A stretch of 64,000 bases of DNA, from assembly GCA_040954595.2 (NCBI GenBank), contig CM082577.2, positions 10,894,537 to 10,958,536 of the forward strand. Direction: 5' to 3'. This DNA comes from Balanoglossus misakiensis. Its lineage: Eukaryota > Animalia > Hemichordata. The notes under the pieces are model-generated. The model was not told the DNA's origin. It saw only the letters and a list, made by a program, of their open reading frames with translations, and made no database searches. Positions 14,372-26,791 of this stretch are shown piece by piece (the first letter of the stretch is position 1; each line of letters opens with the position of its first letter). The position numbers and the translations under genes were made by a program.

Positions 14372-14618
14372 ATGTACTTCTTGTGTGATATTGCTCAGCA
14401 GTTTAAGAGAAAATAAATGATTTAATCTGAAACTGAACCAAGAGAAAACAGGTCTCATACTGAACCAAAGGCAAATAACCCTTTTCAGAACGTATTATGC
14501 TCTCTTAAAATAGATGTACATGTACCACTATCTAAGATGCATACATACATACTTTTACTGTTGTCCTTTACACACACTTACTATCACCCCTCTATTTCTG
14601 GACACTCATTTGATCCAC

Positions 14619-15307
14619 TAGTCGGCTGCACTTATAAAAAAGAAGGACCTTACCCCCCCCCCCCCCCCCCCCCGAAAAAGAAAGAAAATTGCAACAAAAG
14701 GTTTTAATGGTTTTCTGTAGAAATGAACCTCCTTAAAAGTGGAAGTATATGACTGTGCAGTGTAATAATTGCCACCACTTTTCCATAGCACAAGTAATAA
14801 AACAGGGGACCACCATCAATGACATTGTGATCACTTGGTAGGATAGAATCTATGACACACTTTTTCTTTTTTTTTGAAAATTCACCATCTGCATTTGTTA
14901 ATTGGGGCTTGTTGGCTTTTCCAAATATTTCTTTGGCTTCAAATAGAGATGTGGGGCATGTACTGAGCTCATAGATCATTAAATTTTATAGAGAAGAGTT
15001 TCCACTTTCGACACAAGAGTGGAGTCGGTGGTTTGGTCATCTTGTTGGAAAAAGTTGCATTGGAACACCCAATTTCTCTTAATATTTGTATTAAAACCAT
15101 ATTGATATACAATATAGTTTAAAAACAAGTATGGAAAATTAAGTATGCGGAGGCCATATTGGGTAAAACTCCTCCAGTCATCAGATTTTGTATGACATTT
15201 TACATGTTATTAAGGCGATTCAATGCAACAGAAAATCACCGATAAACTTTTTGTAGCAATTTTTTTTTTTTTTTTGGGGGGGGGGGGGCAATATTTTCAG
15301 CCGACTA
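14619..15307 (-). mobile_element. Internally deleted Academ-like DNA transposon
   Basis: TIR TAGTCGGCTG (14619-14628) / CAGCCGACTA (15298-15307), TAG..CTA ends. Internal remnant YELSTCPTSLF...KANKPQL...VIDGGPL (14704-14979). TSD imperfect (CAC/CAA). Confidence 0.6.
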
Positions 15308-16616
15308 CAACCCCCAACCCCAAGGTACCCCCAAAAGGGAATATCGCCCAGGGAAACGGAGATGGCCATTAAGCCGTACAATACATCATCCCTGCATGTT
15401 TTCTAGAGCCCAGGGGGTCTGCCAACCCAAACAGAAATTCAAAACCCACATCATTGTCAGCTTGACATGCGTCCGAGGGAGGCCGTTAAACCACATGGTT
15501 AAACTGTATCACGTTTTATAAGAATTAGACAACTCAAATTTACTAGCCGGTCTCATTTCTCCACTATTAACATGATCAATAAAGTCGACAACGTCACAGA
15601 ACTCTGCTCACTATGCGGAACTATTCGTTCCAGTGAACGTGTAAGGAGTACACTGCCCAGAGAGTAACTGTGCACGAAAATCGACTTCTGCTGACTCATT
15701 GCACACACAGCAACAGACGCGGAAAATTAACGCTGGTCAGAACCACAATAACGCCAATAAACTCGCTAACACACGTCGTGACAGCTGTATTTCAATCAAA
15801 ACTTTGGAAACTCGTCTCGTTGTCTGCCAGCAGTTGCAATAAACCAGTCCTGACGCTGCCACCAATTTTCGTCATCACGTGTGTGGTAGCATTGCCTGTA
15901 CCAGGCCTTTCCAGTCACAGGCAAAGTTCTACGGAGGGATAGATTGGATTCATTGCAGGCGAAAGAAACGACCGTTCTGGGAAATGTTCAGCTTCGTCGC
16001 ACCAAAGTTCGGCTCAGAATATAACGGGAGCGATACTCATTCTCCTGATAACCACGAATATATGGTAGAAAGCTCCGTTACGACTGAAGGTGTCTTTTTG
16101 AGCCAGCAGGCTCGTTGTCGGCTCTTCCCGAAATGGCGTCCGACGCGAGAGAGAGAAAATTCTTCCAGCAGCAAGGACGCGGATGACGTCACCACGGGAA
16201 TGCTGGGTAATGGTCGTGATTGGACAGCCCCAGAAGTCAGATTCCAAAGGGCAGGCTGAGCAGATTGTGTACATGTCCTATAGGAAAGAGAGCCACAATT
16301 TCACCACAATCTTGTGTATCTTTAGAAGACACTGAAAATACAAACAAACACAATTTACTAGTATTAAGCCTTTTCGCGTGCTTTTAAGCAAACAGAACAA
16401 GAGACAAACCACCGAATCCATTTATTAATATGTATAGGCCTATGGGCAAATAAAATTCACCGACAAGGGTGATTGTTCCAGCATCAGATATTGTTTTATT
16501 CCCGAGTTCGCTTTTTATTTATTTTTATACATATACAATGTCGAGTTGCGTGAAAAGGTTGCTCCAAAAATAAATGGAACTGAATTTTCAAAGAATCATG
16601 TCTTTTTGTGATAACT

Positions 16617-16797
16617 TTATTAATATTCCGCACCTGATAGATATTTACTGCTTAGCCCACCGACTCGCCCTTGTTAGATCCCAAGCCGCGGCATCAGTGA
16701 AAATAACCGAGCGATATCAGGGCACTATAAACCAAGTTTTCCACTACTTTGACGCCTCAGCCAAGCGATACGAACGCCTGCGAGCACACGAATGTAC
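16617..16797 (+). mobile_element. hAT (ZNF862-like) transposase fragment
   Basis: IPHLIDIYCLAHRLAL...YQGTINQVFHYFDASAKR is the hAT CxxH region. Confidence 0.75.
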
Positions 16798-16959
16798 ATG
16801 ACAGTACCACCGTAATTGCCAAACAACAACTCCCGTGAGATTGTTATCGCTTGACTCGGCGGTTAGAGCGATTGATAAAAGCTGACCGCTGCGCTCTCTT
16901 CGCAACTCTCGAGAGTGGTGCCACCGCATTGAAAGCTAATGGCACACTCGCGCACCGTA

Positions 16960-17560
16960 GGCGAACAACTGAACCGTCAACGGGAAGACCTAATGTTGGT
17001 GAGATCGAGTCGAGTATGACGGGCAGGTTCAATACGGCCCGTGACCTCCGCGCGAAATTAAATGAAGACAAAGACATAGGGAAACGTTTGAGTTTGAGTA
17101 CAATCAATACCCGGTTGTACAGAAGAGCTGGACTACGTGGTTATGAGGCTAAGAAAAAGCCGAAATTACAGTCCCAACACATCGCAGCAAGACTACGTTT
17201 TGCACCAGGCGTTACGTGAACTGGACACCTGCTCAGTGGCCCCAGGTTGTTTGGTCGGACGAGTCGAAGTTTAGAAGCAGACACAGAGTTTTTGTTAGAC
17301 GGCGACGCGAGTACGAGATTGAGTGTAGGCCCTATCGGTCCTACTTTAAAGTTTGGTGGTGGAAGTGTCATGGTTTGAGGGTGTTGTTTCGCTCGTTCAA
17401 GTCGAGAACACAAAGAATCGCTGGAAGTACGTACTACAAAACGCCGGATATGCTCCCATCGGCTTTGAGACTCGTCGGGCCCGATTTCGTCTTCCATTAG
17501 GATAAAGCCCCCGTACACACTACCTTAGATGTCAAACCCTTTCTGCAAAATACCCAGGCT
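16960..17560 (+). mobile_element. Degenerate Tc1/mariner transposase
   Basis: TGRP, TARDL, KKKPKL...RLRFA, WT..QW.QVVWSDESKF, FGGGSVMV*GCF and FVFH*DKAPVHT; stops and frameshifts present. Confidence 0.9.
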
Positions 17561-18803
17561 GTACCATAACCACTGTCACCAACAGTGTGGAAAGTGTGCA
17601 GAATGTCGAGATTTTCGCGAAAATGAGAGTGGCGGCGTACATTGTACAGTTAAACCAAGCAGACGATAATGATCGAGAACTACACACCGGCGCCGTCCTT
17701 TTGAAAAACTATTTTTACCAGACCTTAAAAAAACAATAGGCTCTGTTGTAAAGGAAATTGCCAAGTACACGTCCACCCTGCAAACAATCAATGAAATTGG
17801 AATGGGCAGATTATTTAACTCGTTGGATGAATTCAGGGGTGGGTTATTTCACATCTGTGTTAATTGAAAAGAAGAGTGAGTGGTTGTTCCCATAGGGAAT
17901 GGCACGTTTTGCCGACTCTGTCGCACATCTCTTTTTACGTCGATATTTCTCGCTCAAATTTAACCGCAGATGTAAGGTGTTTGTTGTACGACTTTTATTT
18001 CTTGTTAATTAATATTAAAAATATCTGAATTTTTGTTAAAAACATCCATACACGGTGTGTTATTCCATGTTTCACGGCAGAATGTGGGTGCGTAAATACT
18101 TTTTGGCAGGTCTGTGCATGTACATGTATATGGATATATTCGCTATGTGCGCGTCTGTCTGTATATGTACTCCGGTGTAGAGTTTTTCTTGTGTAAGCCC
18201 TAAACGGGACCACAGTGTCCTTGACGATATTTTTATCCTTGACGCTATTTTTAATCTTCCAGATCCCCCCCGACATCATTTGGTCCACCCCTATAAGTTT
18301 CAGGTCACAGCTAGCATACTGTTTCTCAGACACCTTGACCCAGTTTTACAACGATGTGTTTATTACAGACGAGGTTGAAAATTTACATCGCTTCAATGTA
18401 CTTCTTACTCTCAGGTGATCAAGTTCACCCTTATTCTACAAATGTATTATCTACAGTTGTATCACAGTGACCCCTTTACGTCTGCTTTAATACCAAGAAA
18501 GACGAAACTGAAAGCTGTATCAATATTTATAAGAACATGACTCATCGGGAAAGTACACTGCATGCTATGACGCATTACCATAGACCCAGGGTCTATGACA
18601 ATACTGAGTCTGTAATCATTACATTTCAAGGCTTGACTGAGGTAGTCCCACAAGAAAACAGGTAGGCCTAATGTAATATTTCTGGAGTATTTTTGCTTTA
18701 GATACTGGCACCGACTCACAATTAAGAAGACTAACTGGCGTATGCATGGCAGACACTTGATGTAAATGACCTATATAGCCTTTCACATGCTAATGTACCG
18801 CTA

Positions 18804-18912
18804 TAGCTGCAGTTCAGTAGCTCAAGGTTTTGCGTTGGTTTGTCAGTTAGAGGGCAGTTTGCTGCCTAACTCACAAATCAAGGCAAAACCTCAAGCTACT
18901 GAACTACAGCTA
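18804..18912. repeat. 109-bp imperfect palindrome (MITE-like, TAG...CTA ends)
   Basis: TAGCTGCAGTTCAGTAGCTCAAGGTTTTGC...GCAAAACCTCAAGCTACTGAACTACAGCTA. No clear TSD. Confidence 0.7.
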
Positions 18913-20223
18913 CCTAATCTGTGATTCGAACCTTCAGGCAATCCGCGGAAAACTAATGACCGCAGGTGATAAATTAAAAAAAACATAGGACTGGACCTCG
19001 AAGTAGGCCTGCTTTGGTGTCATAGAAAGACATAAACGTTTGATGACACAACAGGCCAACGTCTAATCTTTCTCTATGTTGATTGATCAACAGAACATGG
19101 ACAAATCAATGAGACACAAGATCAAATCATGTTCAGCACGCCCGACTCAGCAAGTAGTACATAATGGTGTACCAGTTTTACCCAGACAGGTAAAGACCAG
19201 CATATCTTAGTTGACATTTCAGAATGTCTAGCTGGAAGCACAATCATCATGATTCTCTTAGGAAAACTGAAAGATAAATGTAAGGACCCATGCTCAATTT
19301 GTATGTGCGATACACATGGGACTTACAAGGGACTTGCAATTTACTTTGCAAGCTTGTTGTAGTAAATTATGATTATTTCCACTTTAACAAGAAAATGCAT
19401 TTACCAAAATTTTCTCATTGACAGACTTGCCAGAAAAGCCTTCCGCAGCCGAATATGTTAATGGGGAAACACCAAATGACACTGGAAGAGAAACCAAAGG
19501 CGGAGATAGAAACCTTATCAGGAAGCAACGGAGATAAACATTATCCCTAATTATGATTTTTGAAGAAAAGGTCTTGAATAGTAGTATGCACGTGTTAATA
19601 TCCTCTGTAGAAAAAAATGACATGCTGTTTTGTTCATGCAGTCATTAACCCAATATATTGTATGAAACTGTAAGAAAGTTCGTCATAAAGTTGTCACATC
19701 TTGATAAATACAACTGTGAGAGAAGAGAGAAGTGTGTTACATTTTTGCTGAACTGTCATTTCTGCATTCTGAAAGCTGCATTCACCTGCAAATGTCTGAA
19801 AAAATTAAGTTTGGTTAATGTAATTTTCTGTCAACCTTAGTCTGATTTTTTCTTCTTTCAGTGAGATTGAATTATACAACATTAAATTTGCACATAACTT
19901 CATTGATCATCGTTTTGTTATTTCAACATACAAGCCATGTGTATTTGTTAGCACTTGGAGCATTGTCCATAAGGCTTTAAAAGTTTGTTTCACATCCTGG
20001 GCATCTGTTCATAATCATGCGGTAGAATAAATCGATCACCAGTGGACAACAATCCTCTTATGAGGTCTTGATACACTTCTGTCAAAGAACACTGGGCATT
20101 TACATCCACTAGACCAAAGGGTCTCGGTAGTTTCGCCCCAGTCGTCTCTTGTACGGAAACAAACATGATAGATCACAATACGCGGTCTGTTTTTCAGAAC
20201 TGTACACTGCACATGCCTAGTTA

Positions 20224-20331
20224 CAGGGTTCATACACCTAGAGCAATTCGAAATTCCTGGAGTTTCCAGGGGATTTCCAGGAATTTTCCAGGAGGTTTTG
20301 TGGTAAAAAAGCCATTTTCCAGGATGGTTCA
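20224..20331 (+). mobile_element. hAT-like terminus, the insertion target of the giant palindromic element
   Basis: CAGGGTTCATACACC followed by several TTTCCAGG subterminal repeats, cut at GGTTCA. Confidence 0.5.
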
Positions 20332-20367
20332 AGTAGTATAGGTTGGAGCCGTAGCACTCGGATTTGG

Positions 20368-20880
20368 GGAGGAGGAGCTGAGGAGGAGCTGAGGAGGAGC
20401 TGAGGAGGAGGAGCTGAGGAGGAGGCGGAGGAGCTGAGGAGGAGCTGAGGAGGAGCTGAGGAGGAGGAGCTGAGGAGGAGGCGGAGGAGGAGGAGGAGGA
20501 GGAGGAGGAGGAGGAAGAGGAGGAGGAGGAGGAGGAGGAGGAGCTGAGGAGGAGGAGGAGGAGGAGCTGAGGAGGAGGAGGAGGAGGAGGAGCTGAGGAG
20601 GAGGCGGAGGAGGAGGAGCTGAGGAGGAGGAGGAGGAGGAGGAGGAGGAGGAGGAGCCGTAGCACTCGGAGGAGGAGGAGGAGCTGAGGAGGAGGAGGAG
20701 GCAGACATGGTCCCCTAAGTTGGTGGAAAATTGAGATATGGCTAAGTATATATGGAACGTGCTTTGATTGGTGGACTTTCTGCAAAGCATGATGTTGGGA
20801 GGAGGAAGTGGAGGTGATGTTGGGAGGAGGTGGAGGAGGAAGAGGAGGAAGAGGAGGAGGAGGAGGAGGAGGAGGAGGAG
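20368..20880 (+). repeat. (GAG)n / GAGCTG purine-rich simple-repeat mosaic, left arm
   Basis: Long GAG runs interrupted by CTG/GCG triplets (20368-20700 and ~20795-20880). Confidence 0.95.
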
Positions 20881-21851
20881 AACAAGCTATAATATGATAT
20901 GAGTTTCATAAGAAATCACTGCTACTATATATTCATCAGCGCGGGTCAAAGGTTTTGTCAAGTTTTTTCTTTCGTAAATACGGTATGTAAAATTCATAAA
21001 CGCATATATCCAGGATTTTTATCATTTCATGTTGTTTTAAAAATTAGGGGAATGATATTTTACTGACGAGCTCACCGTTTTTTACCGGCAATAAATTTCC
21101 GTGTCAGTGAGGTCGCGGGGAATTACCCGCCGAAACTAGGTCAAGATGGCCGAACGGGATATCAACAAACATGTTGACGCGATCTTTTTTTTGCGCTCGG
21201 CATTTTCTATGCTGTAAATGTACAGAATTACGAAAAACACTGAAAAGTTTGATAGAAACTTGCATCTACAGGTCATAAAATGCTAAATTTCAAAGCATGA
21301 TTGTATTTGAATGGATTTTTTCGGCGATGAAAAAGTTCAAACTTGTTTATCATTTCATGTAGTGTGAGTGAATGGTGAACTGTCATTTTTATATTTACGG
21401 CACTGATGTCAACGCGATACTTTTGTTATGTTGCGATACCAAATTTAGCTTGTTATGAGGGACATATCTTCTCTTAATTTTGCAAGCATAATAAAAATAG
21501 ACGTGTTTTCAAAGCTTTGAAGTAAATTTTCGTTGATGCATACAAAAGTGTCAGCTGGTGAGCGAGCTCGTTGTTGCCATGACAGCATTTTTTTCCTTCT
21601 CATGTCGGCAGTCAAGTCTTGCTTTTCCCCTTTGCATTCGTTCATATTTCTCTTTTATTGTATTTAGCCCTCTCCTGGGATAAATTCGTACTGAACAAAT
21701 TTTATTTTTATTTTGGGGGTCATTTTTTTAAGATCACAAAGTAGGTTTTTTGAGTCTTTCAATATAATTTCCTTGGGGTTCTTAGTCAGTGACATAGAAT
21801 TATTTAAAAATTCAGTCACCTTGTATTTTTCCCCCATTAGAAATATGAAAT

Positions 21852-24800
21852 ATGGAAACAGTACTACTTAAGATAAGGGACAATCTCGACAGCTTAGTGA
21901 CAGGACAGAAGACTTTAGCTGATATTAATTGTGAGGTTCCACTGACCTACAACCTGTATCTAAGTTTACACGATGGGCTGCAGGCAACCGGAATTAATAT
22001 TCAACAGGCTTTCCCTCACATCATTAAACTGTTTGATCCTGACATCATTTTGCCAGCAAAAATAAGTAATTTAACAAGGCAAGTTAGGAAGAGAGTAGAG
22101 AAAGGTAGAAGAGAAGGAAATGAAGACGGAATACTCAGCACCATTATTTCAGGCCAGGCAGAGAGGAAGTTGTCAGATGTTTTCAGTGAGAATAATATCA
22201 CCAAGCAGGTTTTGCTCACTTGCAGTTTCTCAGATAGCCAGGACAACACTATTAACCTTCAAATCAAGCATATACTGGAATTGAGAAATGTTCTTGTCAC
22301 ACACCACCTTCCTTGGGATCATGCCTTGAAATGGCTGAGACAGTTTATGTCATTGAAAGGAGAAACAGCACTTAGTCCAGCTGCAATTACTCGACAGTGG
22401 ACAAGATTCCACGATAAATACTTGAAACTGAAAATGAATAATCATCAAAGTGAACTTGAGAGTTTTGTGAACCAACTATACAAACTGCCACAGCATCAGG
22501 TGTCTGCCAGTATATCACACACCAGTAACAATACTGAACATGAAAGTGAACATGACACTGATAACATAGATATAAACAAGATGATGGGAAATTTGACAAA
22601 CAGTCTGATAGACAGTTACCAAGAAATAAGTATGTTGGGTGAAGCTATGGAAGAATTAGCTCAGGAGAAGCTGGAAGTGTTAGAGAAGGTGAAAGAACTA
22701 GATAAGCTGAAGTTGAAGTATAATAAGAAGATCATTGATATCAGACAACTCAAAGAAAAAACTGGCATCATTAGCACCAAGAAATGTAACAAAGAAACTA
22801 AAAAGAAGAGATGAGAAAATATCAAAGATGGAACACCAAATTCAAGTACACAAGAAAGTGATTGATGATCAAGTACTTGATATGAATTTAATGACAAAGG
22901 AAGCAGAGAAATTGAAAGTAAAGTTGGATCAAATAGTAAAGGAAAAGACTAATCTGCAAAAGAATAAAAGTTACTGGAAAAGGAAAGCCCAGTCTGCAGA
23001 TAAACAAGAGTCCATAGAATTAAGAGAAGCCAGGGATCAAGTTAGGCAGTTGGAAAATGAAAACCAGGAGCTGCATGAAAGAGTAACAGAGATGATGAGT
23101 GACAATCAGATAAAAACATTTGAAAATGGAAAATACACAGATACAATAAGACAGATCTATTATGATCTGCTATCACATAATGTTTCAGTGGATAACTGCA
23201 CATCAGTTGTGAAATCTGTAATCAAAAATCTCCTGAACATTGATGTTGGACGATTGCCAAGCAAATCACTGACATCAATGTTGCAGGTAGAAGCACTGGT
23301 TGTTGCACAGGCCCAAGCTGCTACAGAAATATTAGAACAGGAAAAATACAATACCCTCCATAGTGATGGCACAAGAAAGAAATTCATTGACTATGCTGGT
23401 CTGCAAGTGACACTTCCAAACAAATCCTCTCTATCTCTTGGATTTCAAGAACTTTTGCGTGGCAGTGCCGATGACTACATGAATGCTACAATACTAACAT
23501 TTCAGGAGCTCAGTGAAGCCATTGCTGAGGATGATAATGATAAATTATCTATATATGCACAACTCCTCCTTCGTAGTAAAAACATTATGAGTGATCGTCA
23601 TGTTGTAAATAGAAAATACAAGAGCAAATTGGAAGAACTGAGAGAAACTTTATTACCAGTCATTGAGGAAAACTGGGATAAATTAAGTGATGATGAGAAA
23701 TCGGAAATGACAAAAGTAAACCATCTTCTATGTGGTATGCATGTTTTAAGTAACATGGCTACAGCAGTGAGCACAGCATGTGGAATCTTTGAAAATGAAC
23801 ACAGGAGTCAGATGAAAACAGAAAAGTCAACATTTGGTAATCAGTCACACTGTTTTGCTCTGTTATATCAAACCAGCAAAGGCTTCACTGACTCTGGTTG
23901 TCAAAAATCAGGGGTTTACACTGATTTTGCCCCATATATGAATGAAGTGAAAGAAAATCAGTATTTAATAGCATTTGAACATAATAGATTCAATGTTGCT
24001 TTTCATCAAGGTGCTGCTGTGTATCATCACAGACACCATATTTCTGACTTCTTGAAGTCTGGGCGTTGTGGGTCAACAAATAAGTTGATATGTCATGTTC
24101 AAGCAATTTTGGATGAACCCATTGTGATGGCCGAATGTAGAGCTCTTGGAATAATATCTAAACTAATCACTGGTCCTCTAATGCGCCTGTTAGAAAGAAA
24201 GGATATACATTATTATGACATGAATGTCCATTGGTTAGAATTGAAAACTTGCCTAGCTGATAATTCATCAGATGCAACACCCCTACTGAATGAAACCTTC
24301 TACTTGTCAGACACAACCATCACTAAAGATGAATTGTATTCCAGTCTGTTTCCAACAGAACGAGACACGCATTTTGATTTGCTAACATTGGATGCATTGC
24401 AAACATTTTGCAAGTCAATGCTACCTGTTATTGAAAGGCAGCTTGGTAACCAACTACCGGGTGGGCTAGAGAATCAACCATGTGAGATTCTGTGCGAGCA
24501 GGTTCAAAGTGCACCACTGACAAATATACGATCAGAAAGTGATTTCTCTGACCTTGACAGACAGATTAGACATGCACCACAAAAGAGTAGAGTAGCCAAG
24601 GCTGGTGTCATTTGTTTCAGCAGAAATAAAACTTCTGCTTATCTTCATAAGCTGCCACAACATATCAAAATGAAATATCTGCGGATAGCTCGTAAGCAAG
24701 CACCAAAAAGAAAAAAAAAAGAGAATACATGCACAGTAAAGATCTTATTAAGAAGAGACTTGAATTACAGAAATCAAGAATGGAAAAAAAAACAAAAGCA

Positions 24801-25512
24801 GAAACAGAGAAAACAGCAGAAAAGACACCAGTTAGAGCAGAGAATTGTAAATAAGTGGGGGGTTTGGGAAGATGAGCCTGAGGTAGATAGGAAGCTGCAA
24901 GAAATGAAACTAAGCGAACAAACAAAGGCCCTTAAAGACCAAATTATGTACAGAGTAACCCTCCTTAAAGATAGTCTACCAAATAAAAAGCTGTCTAAGT
25001 GGCAAGACAGTGGACGAAAACTCACTGTTAAGCAACTGACAGAGAACTTAAAAACTATAATGCATGCAAACAACAGTGAATTACCAGACTTCGTCAAAGA
25101 GATAAATGATACTTTAAGAAAAAAGAAAGTGGAGACTGAACAGGCACTTAACAAGAAAAAGACATCAAAAAGAACAAGAAAAAGGAAAGTACAGAAATTT
25201 GGTGTACAGAGACAATTACAAGCTGGAATGTACATTGCTGTAGCTTATGAAAATTGTTGGTTTGCAGGTGAAATCAAAGATATTAACTTAAATCCTGATG
25301 GAAGTCAAAATGTCACAACAACCTTTCTGTCTCGAACAGGTACAAATTCATTTAAATGGCCAACACGAGCAGATGTTTCGAATATTGACTCAAAATTTAT
25401 CTTAAGAGAAATTGACATAGAACCAAAAGACTCCTTGCTTCGTGCCTGGTCAGTCAAAGATGTAACTGAAGTAGAGAACATGTACAAACAGTTTAAACGT
25501 CAGTATTTTTGA
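21852..25512 (+). pseudogene. DDE transposase-like gene (~1220 codons) split by a +1 frameshift (ORFs 21852-22814 and 22735-25512), left copy
   Basis: Motifs TLHSDGT (D), NIMSDRH (D), LLCGMH (CxxH) and TNIRSESDF (E). Coiled coil before the core; Tudor/SH3-like C-terminus (IAVAYENCWFAG...FKWP). Removing one A from the A6 run at 22756-22761 fuses the ORFs. An AG acceptor at 21839-21840 precedes the ATG. Confidence 0.75.
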
Positions 25513-25794
25513 GCCGCTAAGAATAATATAATGTACTATATTGTACTGAACTAGTGTGATCCTTTTCCGGATTCTGTATATGTGTTAATGTTTATTCTGC
25601 ATGTATTTATCAATAACTCATTCTCATGCCAAATTAATAGTGGAATTATACATCTCATAATATATTTAAATGCTTACCAACTTTCAGCAATATTTGTCAC
25701 AAAGTTTTTGAATAGCCGTGAGAATTTGACAAAACCTTGAGATTAAACAACCTTATCTATATCTAGCACCCATAGCATAATCAGTCAAAAGTGA

Positions 25795-26791
25795 TTTTTT
25801 GTGATTTTCAAGCTGGATTAAATGTAATACTACAAGTGCTTATAGATCTATGATTTAACAAAACTAAGAGAACAGGTACATGTCAGTTTTCACAGAAAAT
25901 TTCATGAGGATTATGTACATAGTTTTGGAGATACAAACTTTTGAAATCGGCAAATTTTGTAATTTTCCAATAGTGCCATGCGTATCTGACTAAAGAGTTT
26001 TTTGTGATTTTCAAGCTGGATTAAATGTAATACTACAAGTGCTTATAGATCTATGATTTAACAAAACTAAGAGAACAGGTACATGTCAGTTTTCACAGAA
26101 AATTTCATGAGGATTATGTACATAGTTTTGGAGATACAAACTTTTGAAATCGGCAAATTTTGTAATTTTCCAATAGTGCCGTGCGTATCTGACTAAAGAG
26201 TTTTTTGTGATTTTCAAGCTGGATTAAATGTAATACTACAAGTGCTTATTGATCTATGATTTAAAAACTAAGAGAACAGGTACATGTCAGTTTTCACAGA
26301 AAATTTCATGAGGATTATGTACATAGTTTTGGAGATACAAACTTTTGAAATCGGCAAATTTTGTAATTTTCCAATAGTGCCGTGCGTATCTGACTAAAGA
26401 GTTTTTTGTGATTTTCAAGCTGGATTAAATGTAATACTACAAGTGCTTATTGATCTATGATTTAACAAAACTAAGAGAACAGGTACATGTCAGTTTTCAC
26501 AGAAAATTTCATGAGGATTATGTACATAGTTTTGGAGATACAAACTTTTGAAATCGGCAAATTTTGTAATTTTCCAATAGTGCCGTGCATATCTGACTAA
26601 AGAGTTTTTTGTGATTTTCAAGCTGGATTAAATGTAATACTACAAGTGCTTATTGATCTATGATTTAACAAACTAAGAGAACAGGTACATGTCAGTTTTA
26701 ACAGAATATTTCATCAGGATTATGTACATAGTTTTGGAGATACAAACTTTTGAAATCGGCAAATTTTGTAATTTTCCCATAGTGCCGTGCG
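25795..26791 (+). repeat. Tandem array, ~5 x 203 bp (left arm)
   Basis: GTGATTTTCAAGCTGG recurs at 25801, 26004, 26207, 26408 and 26611. Confidence 0.97.

Noticed and set aside
15670-16274. Overlapping ORFs of 86-126 aa in a GC-richer patch
   Set aside because: No recognisable motif or splice structure; probably repeat-derived.
20036-20790. Poly-Ser/Pro/Leu ORFs (and their mirror at 34352-34942)
   Set aside because: Open in all three frames only because (CTC)n lacks stop codons; a simple-repeat artefact.
22750-22765. Programmed -1 ribosomal frameshift
   Set aside because: ORF2 is in the +1 frame relative to ORF1, and the A-run is not phased as an X XXY YYZ heptamer.
24665-25487. Antisense ORFs within the transposase gene (and their mirrors)
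   Set aside because: Phe/Leu/Ser-rich shadows of a Lys/Glu-rich sense frame.
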